Virus record (IMG/VR): IMGVR_UViG_3300033067_000406
Coordinates: 1-43,342 of that record
DNA from: a virus
Taxonomy: Duplodnaviria; Caudoviricetes
Strand: one strand, 5' to 3'
Length of the DNA: 43,342 nucleotides
Numbering within the stretch: the stretch's first letter is position 1; every line of letters begins with the position of its first letter. The notes beneath the pieces are model-generated. The model did not search any database and had not been told where the DNA came from. It saw only the letters and a program-made list of their open reading frames with translations. Position numbers and translations under genes: made by a program. Of the stretch, positions 26,071 through 36,000 are shown piece by piece.

Positions 26071-27024
26071 ATGGCAAATGCCAATCCCAACAGAGTGGGC
26101 CAGATCAACCTCGCGGGCGACCCGCAGGCCCTTTTCCTCAAGGTGTTCTCTGGTTTGGTCCAGAACGCCTACGACATGGCCACCATCTACGGTGACAAGG
26201 TTTCCAACCGCACCATCGCCAATGGCAAATCGGTGCAGTTCCCGACCACCGGCCTGGCGGGCGTTCGCTACCATACCCCGGGCAGCGAAATCACCGGGCA
26301 GACCATCCCGATGGCCGAGAAGCTGATCCTGCTGGACGACCTGCTGATCTCGGATGTGTTCATCGCCGCGATTGACGAACTGATGAACCACTACGAAGTG
26401 CGCTCCAACTATGCCCACCAGATGGGCCAGGCGCTGGCTCGCTTCGATGACCAGAACATCAGCCGCATCATCCACAACGCCTCCTACGCTGCGGCTACCG
26501 TCACTGGTGGACAGGCCGGGCGCCAGATCACCGATGCAGACTTGGCGACGGACGGCCAGAAGATTTGGGCCGCTGTGTTCAATGCCGGCGTGGGCCTGGA
26601 CCAGAGCAACATCCCGCAACAGGGCCGCGTGGCGATCCTGGACCCGGTGCGTTACGCCCTGGCGCTGCGCTCGGAGAAGCCGATCAACACGGACATCAAT
26701 CCGGGTGGTAACGGCTCGCTGGCTTCCGGTCGTCTCAATCTCATCAACGACATCCCGCTGTACAAGACCAACAACATGGCGCAGACGGATGATCGCACCA
26801 ACGCCATGATGCCGGCCTCACGCCAGCACGACTACAGCACCATGCTGGGCCAGGTGTTCCACAACTCGGCGGCCGGTACTGTCACCTTGCAGGGCTTGAC
26901 CATGCAGATGATGGAAGACATCCGCCGTCAGGGTCACCTGATGATCGGCAAGCTGCTGAAGGGCTACGGCGATCTGCGTCCCGAAGGCGCCTACAGCCTC
27001 CAGACTGCGGCGCGCGCCGGCTAA
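26071..27024 (+). CDS. major capsid protein
   Basis: ALFLKVFSG, RTIANGKSVQFP, YEVRSNYAHQMGQALA, LRPE. Confidence 0.96.
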   Translation: MANANPNRVGQINLAGDPQALFLKVFSGLVQNAYDMATIYGDKVSNRTIANGKSVQFPTTGLAGVRYHTPGSEITGQTIPMAEKLILLDDLLISDVFIAAIDELMNHYEVRSNYAHQMGQALARFDDQNISRIIHNASYAAATVTGGQAGRQITDADLATDGQKIWAAVFNAGVGLDQSNIPQQGRVAILDPVRYALALRSEKPINTDINPGGNGSLASGRLNLINDIPLYKTNNMAQTDDRTNAMMPASRQHDYSTMLGQVFHNSAAGTVTLQGLTMQMMEDIRRQGHLMIGKLLKGYGDLRPEGAYSLQTAARAG

Positions 27025-27035
27025 CCTGGAGTTCC

Positions 27036-27088
27036 ATACCACTACTGCTAGGGGGTTGACCGCGTGGTTGACCCCCTACAGGTGGTGT
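27036..27088 (+). other. long hairpin after capsid (processing site or weak terminator)
   Basis: ACCAC/GTGGT, CTG/CAG, TAGGGGGTTGACC/GGTTGACCCCCTA; lacks a clear U-tract. Confidence 0.55.
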
Positions 27089-27128
27089 GTTTCCATTGTC
27101 CATAAAGCCTCCGGCCTCCCTGAAGTCA

Positions 27129-27206
27129 TCCCCCTAGAGCCCCTCCCTTAGGAGCCACCTAGGGGAGCCCCTTTAGGATCCCCTCCTCGGGGTTAGCACC
27201 CCTTAA
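27129..27206. repeat. array of short degenerate CC(T)TAG(G) repeats
   Basis: CCCCCTAGAGC, CCCTTAGGAGC, CCTAGGGGAGC, CCTTTAGGATC in tandem. Confidence 0.5.
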
Positions 27207-27225
27207 TTAAGAGGACTACCCAGCC

Positions 27226-27849
27226 ATGCCCTTTGGTCTCCCCGATACGGTAGTCTCCTCAGAGTTAGATGCGGTCAACCTGGTGATGTTCGCCAAGGGT
27301 CTCGACCAAGTGACCTCCATAGACCTCAATGACGCCGAGATTGCTGGCGCTGCGTTCCTGCTCAATGCGGTGGACATCGAGGTGCAATCTAAGGGTTGGT
27401 TCTTCAATAAGGACTACGCCCTGGAGTTAGCCCTAGACGCTTCCTCTGAGATCCCACTCCCCGAGGGTGTCCTAGGGGTCTCCTCCAGTTATTGGAACTA
27501 TGGGTGTAAGACCATCGCGGAGCGCGGTGGCAAGCTGTGGGATCTCTACAACAAGACCTCCGTATTCTCGGTCCCCGTCACGGTGGACATCACGGTGAGG
27601 CAAGCCTTCACGGATCTGCCCCAGGTGGCCCGCACCTACATCGCCACCCTCGCCGCCCACCGCGCGCAAGGCTTGGATCGTGGGGTCGCCACATCCGCCC
27701 AGTTCACCTCCCAGATGGTCCTCCAGGCGCTCGCCCTCCTGGAGCAAGCCCAAGACGAGGCGACCCCGGCGAACCAAGTCCACTCGAATATCTCCGTCCA
27801 AGGCGCGATCAATGGCTGGGGCGGTATCGCTAGGACACGTACAACGTGA
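27226..27849 (+). CDS. tail tubular protein A (gp11-like)
   Basis: SELDAVN, VQSKGWFFN, FTDLPQVARTYI. Confidence 0.92.
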   Translation: MPFGLPDTVVSSELDAVNLVMFAKGLDQVTSIDLNDAEIAGAAFLLNAVDIEVQSKGWFFNKDYALELALDASSEIPLPEGVLGVSSSYWNYGCKTIAERGGKLWDLYNKTSVFSVPVTVDITVRQAFTDLPQVARTYIATLAAHRAQGLDRGVATSAQFTSQMVLQALALLEQAQDEATPANQVHSNISVQGAINGWGGIARTRTT

Positions 27850-30308
27850 GCCAAGAGTCCGCCTACATCCCAGCACCCTCCAATGGTATCTCCCAGAGCG
27901 CCCCCCAGGTGCGCCTCCAGGAGCAGGCCACGGACCTCCAGGATTGCCTAGTGGATCTTCCTGATGGCTTCCGCAAGCGCCCACCCCTGCGTTGGCTCGG
28001 CCAGCTTCTCGCCTCTGGCGGCGCCATAGATGCGCGTGTCCACAAGATCATAGACCCCGATGATGGCTCCCTGAAGTTTCTCTTCGTGAACCGCGAGGGT
28101 GGCGTCACTGTGCCCCGCCTCTTCAATGGGTCCGACTTGAGCGCCGTTACGTTGACCACATCAGGTGCCGCCCAGACATACCTCAACACTGCGGCGGCCC
28201 CCCTGAAGTCCACTCTCCGCATCAGCCAGGCGGTGGACAATACGTTCCTCACTTCGAGGTTCAATGAGGTCGCCGTGGATGCGTCCACCAACGCGACCCG
28301 CCCCCATGAAGCCCTCGTGTTTGTCAAGTCGGGTGCCTTCGGGAAGAAATACCAACTGCTCGTCCAAAAGAGCGGCGGCACCTTGCGTACCGGCATTGTG
28401 GTCACCCCCGATGGTACGGACGCTTCGGACTCCTTCTGGGTCGCCACCGATCACATTGCTGGAGCCCTTGCCGGCGCCGATGGGTACACAGCCGCCAATG
28501 GTGCCACCCATACGTCCATCGCTGCGGACCTTGCCACGGATGGCTTCACGGTCACCATCGAAGGTGCGGTGATCTACCTGGCCCACACCACGGACTTCAC
28601 AGTGAACGTCCAGGATGACCAAGGCGGCACTGCTATGGTGAAGGCCAAGGACACGGTGAACAATTTCTCCGATCTCCCCGCCAATGGTGTCACCGATGGG
28701 TTCACTGTCTCAGTGGTCCCAACGCGGGGTGATGCCCAGGGTGCCTACTATGTGAAGTTCGTTAGGAACGCAGCCCGGGGTGCATCCCCGTGGCAGGAGA
28801 CCGTGGCGCCTGGCTCCCAAAAGGGCTTCGATGCTACGGACATGCCAATCCGCGTTCGTAAGGACTCCGGTGGGAACTGGCAATGTGAGGCCGCCCCTTG
28901 GGTCCAGCGCACGGTTGGAGACCAGAACCTCGCCGTGGATCCCCTCTTCGTGGGTGACACCATCCAGGACGTGGGCTATGCGTTCGGGCGCATACTGATT
29001 ATTTCCCAGGAGGGGTGCTTCCTCACCGCAGCGGACAACCCGTTCCGCATCTACCCAGCAACCATCACCACGCAGATTGACAGTGACCCCATCGCATTGA
29101 GCCCACCCACAGGGGACGCCAAGTTCCGATCCATCTCCACGTTCTCCTCAGGGGACTTCGAGGGGGCGTTCATCACGGGCCTCCAGCAACAGTGCATCTT
29201 ACGCGCACCCCCGAGTGCCCCGGTGACACCCAACGCTGTGAAGCTGGCCAAGATGTCTGGCTTCATCATAAGAGACACCTTCACCGATCTTCGCCCTCTA
29301 GCGAACAACAACAAGGTGTATCTCCCGGTCCCCCTCGGCACCCTCTACACGCAGATCCGGGAGATGCAGATTGATCGCATCTCAGCGGAGACTCTCGGTG
29401 ATGACCTCACTGCGGCCCAACCCAGGCTGTTCCCAGCCGGCCTCAACGTGGCGGCGACCTCCGAGACGAACTACCTCTCCCTGTATGGGGTCGCCGGCAC
29501 CACCCAGGTGGGAGCCCATGTGGTTAGGTACGCCCAGAACCAACGAGTCCAGAACGGTCCATTCATTTGGAACCTCCCCACAGGTTGGAACCTGGTGGAC
29601 ATCATCAACCACGGCACCATGTTCTACGTCTTCCTGGAACGCTCCTCTAGGATTTGCGTCTTCACGCTAGAGACCAATCCCCAGTCACTCGATGACGACT
29701 CTACCTCAACGATCCTCACCAAGTGGGACCTCAAGCAGTCCGAGAGCGATGTGGTGTCCGCCACCTACAGTGCCACCCTGGACCAGACCACCATCGTCTC
29801 CCAGGTGCCGCTCCCTACCGGCTCAGGCTGGGTGTCCGCCCGCGCGGGCGACCCTACCGATACCTACCCCGAGGGCTACCTAGCGGAAGTCGTATCGCAA
29901 CCCGCCGCGAGTACCATCATCGTGAAGGGAGACTGGACTACCCAGAAGTTCTACCTTGGTGTTAACTACACTGGGATCTGGGAGCCGACCACCATCTTCA
30001 AGTTCTCTCCCCAGGACTCTCGCGTGATCCACGGCAAGTTGACCATCGCCAGGATCCACCTTGATGTGAAGGACTCCAGCGCCATCGCTGTTGAGGTCTC
30101 CATCGCCTCGCGCTCAACACGGCGCAAGGAACTACAGCGTAACACCTTCGGTGCGCCCACTCTCTACACGGGCCAGTTCACTGTCCCCGTCAAGGGGGAG
30201 AACACCACCGTCCGCATCAGGATCTTGGACGAGGGCCACATCGGTGGCACCGCTTCAGGGTTTGAGTGGGAAGGCACCTTCGCGCCTAACGCTCGCCGCA
30301 CAACATGA
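27846..30308 (+). CDS. tail tubular protein B (gp12-like)
   Basis: GISQ, KRPP, YYVKF, WQETVAPG, MP, R.VGD, DSDPI; 820 aa. Confidence 0.93.
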   Translation: MSQESAYIPAPSNGISQSAPQVRLQEQATDLQDCLVDLPDGFRKRPPLRWLGQLLASGGAIDARVHKIIDPDDGSLKFLFVNREGGVTVPRLFNGSDLSAVTLTTSGAAQTYLNTAAAPLKSTLRISQAVDNTFLTSRFNEVAVDASTNATRPHEALVFVKSGAFGKKYQLLVQKSGGTLRTGIVVTPDGTDASDSFWVATDHIAGALAGADGYTAANGATHTSIAADLATDGFTVTIEGAVIYLAHTTDFTVNVQDDQGGTAMVKAKDTVNNFSDLPANGVTDGFTVSVVPTRGDAQGAYYVKFVRNAARGASPWQETVAPGSQKGFDATDMPIRVRKDSGGNWQCEAAPWVQRTVGDQNLAVDPLFVGDTIQDVGYAFGRILIISQEGCFLTAADNPFRIYPATITTQIDSDPIALSPPTGDAKFRSISTFSSGDFEGAFITGLQQQCILRAPPSAPVTPNAVKLAKMSGFIIRDTFTDLRPLANNNKVYLPVPLGTLYTQIREMQIDRISAETLGDDLTAAQPRLFPAGLNVAATSETNYLSLYGVAGTTQVGAHVVRYAQNQRVQNGPFIWNLPTGWNLVDIINHGTMFYVFLERSSRICVFTLETNPQSLDDDSTSTILTKWDLKQSESDVVSATYSATLDQTTIVSQVPLPTGSGWVSARAGDPTDTYPEGYLAEVVSQPAASTIIVKGDWTTQKFYLGVNYTGIWEPTTIFKFSPQDSRVIHGKLTIARIHLDVKDSSAIAVEVSIASRSTRRKELQRNTFGAPTLYTGQFTVPVKGENTTVRIRILDEGHIGGTASGFEWEGTFAPNARRTT

Positions 30309-30327
30309 CACAAAAGGGACTGGGAAC

Positions 30328-30876
30328 ATGGCTATTGAACTTAGGCTGCTCACAACGGATGACGTTGAGGACCTCTACCCGCGCCTTCGCCTCGAAGACA
30401 AGGAAGAGACGATCTGCCTTGGGAGCAACCCCCGCGAAGCCCTCCTGATGGGCGCCTTCGATAACCTCTACATGGCCTCCCTCGGCCGCGCCTACGCGCT
30501 AGTCAACCCGGCTGGCACTGTGATTGGAGCCCTAGGATTTACCTCATCGGGGTTTCTATGGGCTCTCTCCGCGCCGTTCTCCAGGAGCGAACGCCGGGAG
30601 TTGTTCACCAGGACCCGTGAGATCCTCGACCGTCTCATCTCCGAGGCCGGAAAGCGGGGCGCTCTCTTTGAGGGCTTCCTCCACAACCTCATCCACGCGC
30701 GCAATAGGGTCGCCATCAAGTGGCTGGAACGCTCCGGTTTATTCAACATTGACCTGGAGACCCCGGTTGAAGTTGGCGCCGAAGTGTTCTATACCTTCAG
30801 GACCAAGACGCCGCATGAGAGGTTTCCCCTCATTGCCGTGCCACCCGCGCCGAAAGTAGAAGCCGCTCATGTGTAG
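30328..30876 (+). CDS. internal virion protein A-like (gp13; GNAT-like fold)
   Basis: LRLEDKEE, LHNLIHARNRVAIKWLE; synteny. Confidence 0.75.
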   Translation: MAIELRLLTTDDVEDLYPRLRLEDKEETICLGSNPREALLMGAFDNLYMASLGRAYALVNPAGTVIGALGFTSSGFLWALSAPFSRSERRELFTRTREILDRLISEAGKRGALFEGFLHNLIHARNRVAIKWLERSGLFNIDLETPVEVGAEVFYTFRTKTPHERFPLIAVPPAPKVEAAHV

Positions 30877-31474
30877 CCCTCTCCTAGCAGTAGCAGGCGC
30901 TTCAGCCGGCCTCGGTGTGATTAGCAATGTGGTGAACTACTTCGCCATCCAGTCCGCTCATCACGCCACAGTGCAAGCCGCGAACCTCAACTACAACATG
31001 AAGGCCCAAGCGGTTGACCAGAAGAACGTCCAACTGGGTGAGCAGGAGACCGAGGCCAACCTCACCAACGCGGTGCGTACCGCCCAGGGTTTCGGCCGTA
31101 TCGCCGTCTCCGCTACCGCCCTCGGCTTGGGTCAGTATTCTACGCGCCAGCTTATCGGGAACAACGCGGCCGGCTCCAACCGATCACTCGGCATCACAAC
31201 CCGCAACGCCGACCAGGCGCGCACAGGCTTCCAGACCGAACTTACCGGCGCCTCCATCCAGCGGTCCTCCGAGATCGCCAACGCTCCGCATACCAACTTA
31301 GGGATGCTCGCCTTGGGTATCGGCAAGTCTCTTGTTGGTGGGGCGGCTGACTATGCTGCTTTGGGCGGCAAGGTCGGCATGACTCCAGTGGGCAACGGCG
31401 CCGGTCCGCAAGATGGCTTCAGGCAGGGTGCCCAGGGCGGCGGCCTCTACACGGGTGGGAACTTCGTAGGATGA
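30869..31474 (+). CDS. internal virion protein B (gp14-like)
   Basis: MCSP start, A/G/Q-rich, about 200 aa, synteny. Confidence 0.8.
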   Translation: MCSPLLAVAGASAGLGVISNVVNYFAIQSAHHATVQAANLNYNMKAQAVDQKNVQLGEQETEANLTNAVRTAQGFGRIAVSATALGLGQYSTRQLIGNNAAGSNRSLGITTRNADQARTGFQTELTGASIQRSSEIANAPHTNLGMLALGIGKSLVGGAADYAALGGKVGMTPVGNGAGPQDGFRQGAQGGGLYTGGNFVG

Positions 31475-33078
31475 GCGAACCAGGTATCAACTTCACTGAC
31501 GCTCCGGCCGTAGCGATCAACGCTTCGGAGGCTGCGGTCAATCGTGCCCAAGCCCCCCGCACCAACGGTGGGATGCAACTCGCCGCCGCACTGGCTGATC
31601 TCTCCCCCGATGTTCGCCGCTTAGGCGGGCTCGTGATAAAGGAAGACGCCGAGGTTCAATCTGTCGCTGCCAAGAAGCGCGCACTGGAGTTGGGTGGACA
31701 GGATCTCGCCTCGGCCGTTCGTGATGGCAAGATCGAAGCCACCCAGAACCCCTTCTTCATCCAGGACTACAACGAGGAGTCGGCCTATGTCCGCTCCCAG
31801 AAGGCCATCAGCGACCTCACCATCCAGTCGCAACAGTGGGCCGAGAAGAACGATCACATAGCTTTCCAGAAGCGGTTCACCACGGAACTCGCCCAGATAG
31901 GCGAGCAGTACCAGGACGGCGACTCCGCGAAGGGCTTCATGGCCGCCGCCGCGCCAGCCCAACAGCAAGCCTTCGCCGCCAACACTGCCCAGGTGGCCGC
32001 CAACATTGAGAAGGACCGCGCCGCCGCTCTCTCCCAGATGTCCACCGAGGCGATCCTCGGGGTGCAGAAGGAACACGCAGGGGCCGCCTCCCCGGATCAA
32101 CTCCAGGAGGGCCTCGCCCACTTGAAGGATCGCTACTTCGCTACAGGTGGCACCCAGTCCGAATGGGACAAGCTGCAATACCATGCCTACACCTCGGCCG
32201 CGTACAACTCAGGAGATGAAACCCTGTTGGACAAGCTGCCGGCCAACATCAAGAACCTCCCCGGGATTGCCGACCAGATCTCCACCGACAAGTACCACAT
32301 CATGCAGGCGCACGGCGCCAAGCTGCATCAGGAGGCCCAGGACGCCAGGGACCTCATCACGGTGGACGGCCAGAAGATCTTCACCGCAGCTTACACCAAG
32401 TACGGCGCCGATCTCATCACCGGGAAGGTCTCCTTCGCCACTCTCTCCAAGGACAACCCCGGAGCCAACCCCCTCGCTCTCGCCTCGGCCCTCAACACGG
32501 CCCAAGCCACCACGGCTGACAACCAGGCGCTCGCCCTCGCGGCAACGCGGGGCTTCACTCTCGGAGGTGGCTCGGGGGCGGACAAGATCCTCGCCCTCCA
32601 CCGCGAGGCCGCCACCACGGGCATCACCCCGGAGTTGAACGAGTCCATCGGCCAGCTTGTCCACAACGGCCAGATGTCGCCCGAGGACGGCTCCTCGCTG
32701 CTCAACAAAGCGATTGAGACCACCAAGGGCCTCAACCAGCAATCCGGCCAGATGTTCCCCACCCCTGGCAAGGGCCTCAAGGAAGCGACCAAGGCAATGC
32801 ACGGCACGGTGCAGCCCTACGTGGATCTGCGTAACGCCGCCGATGCCCAGGCCACCAAGACTGTCCAGTGGATCAACGCCTCCCTCAAGGTTGAGGGTAA
32901 GGGATTCCTCCCCCGTGGTGTCACCGCCGAGTTGAAACAGGCGCTCCTCTCCGCGTCCAGCCAATGGCTCGTAGATCACCCCGGTGACTTTGCGGGCGCT
33001 GCCATCGCGGTGAAGGCCGCCCGTGGCCGCTGGCTAGACAGCAACCTTCCGCGTTACATGGGGACACCTAAAGAATGA
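31471..33078 (+). CDS. internal virion protein C (gp15-like)
   Basis: helical Ala-rich 535 aa protein, synteny. Confidence 0.75.
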   Translation: MSEPGINFTDAPAVAINASEAAVNRAQAPRTNGGMQLAAALADLSPDVRRLGGLVIKEDAEVQSVAAKKRALELGGQDLASAVRDGKIEATQNPFFIQDYNEESAYVRSQKAISDLTIQSQQWAEKNDHIAFQKRFTTELAQIGEQYQDGDSAKGFMAAAAPAQQQAFAANTAQVAANIEKDRAAALSQMSTEAILGVQKEHAGAASPDQLQEGLAHLKDRYFATGGTQSEWDKLQYHAYTSAAYNSGDETLLDKLPANIKNLPGIADQISTDKYHIMQAHGAKLHQEAQDARDLITVDGQKIFTAAYTKYGADLITGKVSFATLSKDNPGANPLALASALNTAQATTADNQALALAATRGFTLGGGSGADKILALHREAATTGITPELNESIGQLVHNGQMSPEDGSSLLNKAIETTKGLNQQSGQMFPTPGKGLKEATKAMHGTVQPYVDLRNAADAQATKTVQWINASLKVEGKGFLPRGVTAELKQALLSASSQWLVDHPGDFAGAAIAVKAARGRWLDSNLPRYMGTPKE

Positions 33079-36000
33079 GCAATCCCGGCACTCCCGATAA
33101 GGAAGGCTTGGCGTCCGCCGACAAGTGGGACGCTAAGATGCTCGCTGGGGTCACAACCTCCAAGAGCGCCACACCCGCGCCCGCTCCTGTGGCCGAGCCG
33201 CCGCCGCAGGGCTACGCCCCGCCACCCCCCGAGCCGGTTCCTGCTGCTCCCACCCCGAGCCTCCAACAGGACACCACCACGGCGCTCCCCACCGACGCTA
33301 ACGCACCGGACAAGAAGGGCATCCTTAGTACTCTCACCGATACCCTCTCCGGCTTCATCACGGGTAAGTCCGCCGTGGACAAGGGCGCGGTGGCAGGCGC
33401 AGCCCGTATCCCGGGGACCATCGCTGGTGGTATCATGGACGCTGCGGGCGACCTCGGCGGCCGAAAGAACCTGCTCAACTGGGGCAAGACCCTAGACAGC
33501 ACCCCAGAGTTATTCCCCGGCCAGCACATGATTGGCGCCATCTCGATGCTCTCTGGGATGGATCTCAAGGGCACCTCCTGGGAGAACATCGTCTCCTCCA
33601 AGGATTACCTCGGCAAGGTTGGTAACAACTCGGTGAACCAAGGGGTGGCCACGATGGGCTCTCTCATCCTCGGCGCGGAAGCGTTCGGGGAGACCAAGCT
33701 GTTCTCCTTCATCCCCAAGCTGGCTGGGCCAGGCTCCATCGGCAAGATAGGTGAAAGTGCCCTTAACTTCGGTGCCGCCTCCGGGATCCTCACAGATCCG
33801 CACGAGGCCCGCTTCACCTCCGCGCTCAACAACCTGGGGATCCACACCGAGTTCACCGATTGGCTCGGAGCAGATCCCGACCAGGCCGGCCCCTTGGAGA
33901 ACCGCTTCAAGAACGCCGTGGAGAACACCCTCGGTGGCATCGCTGCGGATACCGTCTTCCAGAGCGCCAAGTATTTCAGGAGCGTCATCAAGGGCGCACC
34001 CGATGAGGTCGCCAAGCAAGCTGCCATAGACGCCGCCAAGAACACGATCCCCGAGGCTGCACACCCCGCGCCGTCCACTGTGGAGGCTGTTCGGGGAGCA
34101 GGGCATATGGAGGTTCGCGTCAACGGCGAGCCCGTAGTCCAGATCCCCAGTGAGCAATTCAACGACCTCCTCGCCAAGACCCGCGCTGAGATGAAGCCCG
34201 GCCTGGTGGACAGCACCCCGGAGAGCATCCGCAATGCCGGCACAGAGAAGCCGATCAACCTGGCTGAAGGTGCCCCCGCGTCCATCCGCAACGCTCGCAC
34301 TGGGTTCCTCCCCGGGATGGACAACGAGGCCGTAGCCCCGCTGCTCCGCTCCCTGGCGATCAAGCTTCACGATACCCCGCACGTTGTTCGCACTGACATT
34401 GAGCGCGATGCTATGGCAAGAGCCGCTGCGGTCGAAGTTGGTGTGGATCCCACCGATATGCTCGCCTACGCCCAGCATGTTGCGGGGAACGTGGCCGATA
34501 TTGACGTGGCGACCACCTCAGTCCAGATGCTATGGCGCAATATGGCCTCCCAACTGGACGCAATGGCCGAGAAGGGCATCACAGCGGAAGCCCCACTAGC
34601 CGATATTCAGGCGCACAAAGCCGCGATCAACAACGTGGTGGCCTTCTCCGGCTCTTTTCAGAACATCCGCTCCTCGCTAGGCCGCGGATTGCGCTCCACC
34701 TCGGTACTCCGCAAGGCGGCTGACTATGTGGGCGAGAAGCTGGGCATGGAAGACAAGATCGGCAATCTCTTCAAGGAGGCTGGTCACCCAGTGCCACCCC
34801 AGCCGGTCTCCGTCCAGGACATCAACGACTTCTACTCCATATGGAAAGACCTCAAGGGTGACGCCGCCGCGCGCCAGAACTTCCTCCGAGGCATCCAAAC
34901 GCTTCCCTCCCAGTGGCTTTACCTTCGCACGTCCTTCGCCAACAACTTCACAGCGAACGCTCTAGCCGGTCTCCCCTCGGTCGCCATGAACGTGGTCGGC
35001 CCTTCGATGATCGGGATGCTCCACACCCTGGAGAAGACCGCTGGGGGTTTCATCGGGGCACTCAACCCGCTCATCTCCCAGGAGGCGCGCGCCAAGCTGC
35101 TCTCCACGGCCACCAATGCCAGCCGCGCCTACGTGCAAACGGTGGGTGACATTCCCGATGCCTTCCGGTGGGCACTCCAGGCGGCAAAGGAAAACCGCTC
35201 CATCCTCGGTGGTGGCTGGACCGTGGACGTTGGCCGTATGGGTCCCGTCACCGATGCGATGATCCGCGCGGCCCAGAAGCAGGATAGCGTCACCATCGGC
35301 TACCAACTTGGCAACCTCATCAACTACTGGCCCTCCTCCTTCCAGCGGATCAACGCCGGCCTGGACGAGTTCGCCAAGCGCCTTTCCTACATGGGCGAGG
35401 TCCGCCTCAATGCCCTGGTGGAACACGAGACCACCCCCGGCATCACCATGTCGAAGGCCGACTACGTGAAGTCCGCGATGGAGAACTCCATTGACGAAGT
35501 TGGCGAGGCCACCAACGAAGCGGCCATGCGTACCGCCGAGCGCACCACCCTCACGGGCGGCCTCTCCGGTAACTCCTATCATCCGCTCGTAGGGAAAGCC
35601 TCACAGTTCATCCAGGAGATGCGCTCCCAGTTCCCCGAGACCCGCTACATCCTCCCCGTGTTCAACGTCCCGGCGAACTCTCTGGGCGAGACCATACGCC
35701 GTATCCCCGGACTCAACCTCGCATTGGGTGAGACCCGAGACGAACTCCTCGGCCACCTCGGTGCTGTTCGCCAAGCTGACGCCCTCGGCCGTACCATGCT
35801 CGGCGGTGCCTTCATGCTGTGGGCCTACCACCTCGCCCGCCAGGGTCAACTCACAGGCGCCGGCCCCACAGATCCCGGCAATCGGAAGGCGTGGAGTGAC
35901 CAAGGCTACCAGCCCTACTCAATCCGCATCGGTGACAAGTGGGTGGACTACTCCCGCTATGACTTGCCCGGGGCCACTCTGGCGATCCCTGCCAATATGT

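Noticed and set aside
26980-27060. T7 10A/10B-type capsid frameshift
   Set aside because: No slippery sequence near the stop and no convincing downstream extension
27129-27206. Mini CRISPR array
   Set aside because: Units are too short and degenerate, with no spacers or cas genes
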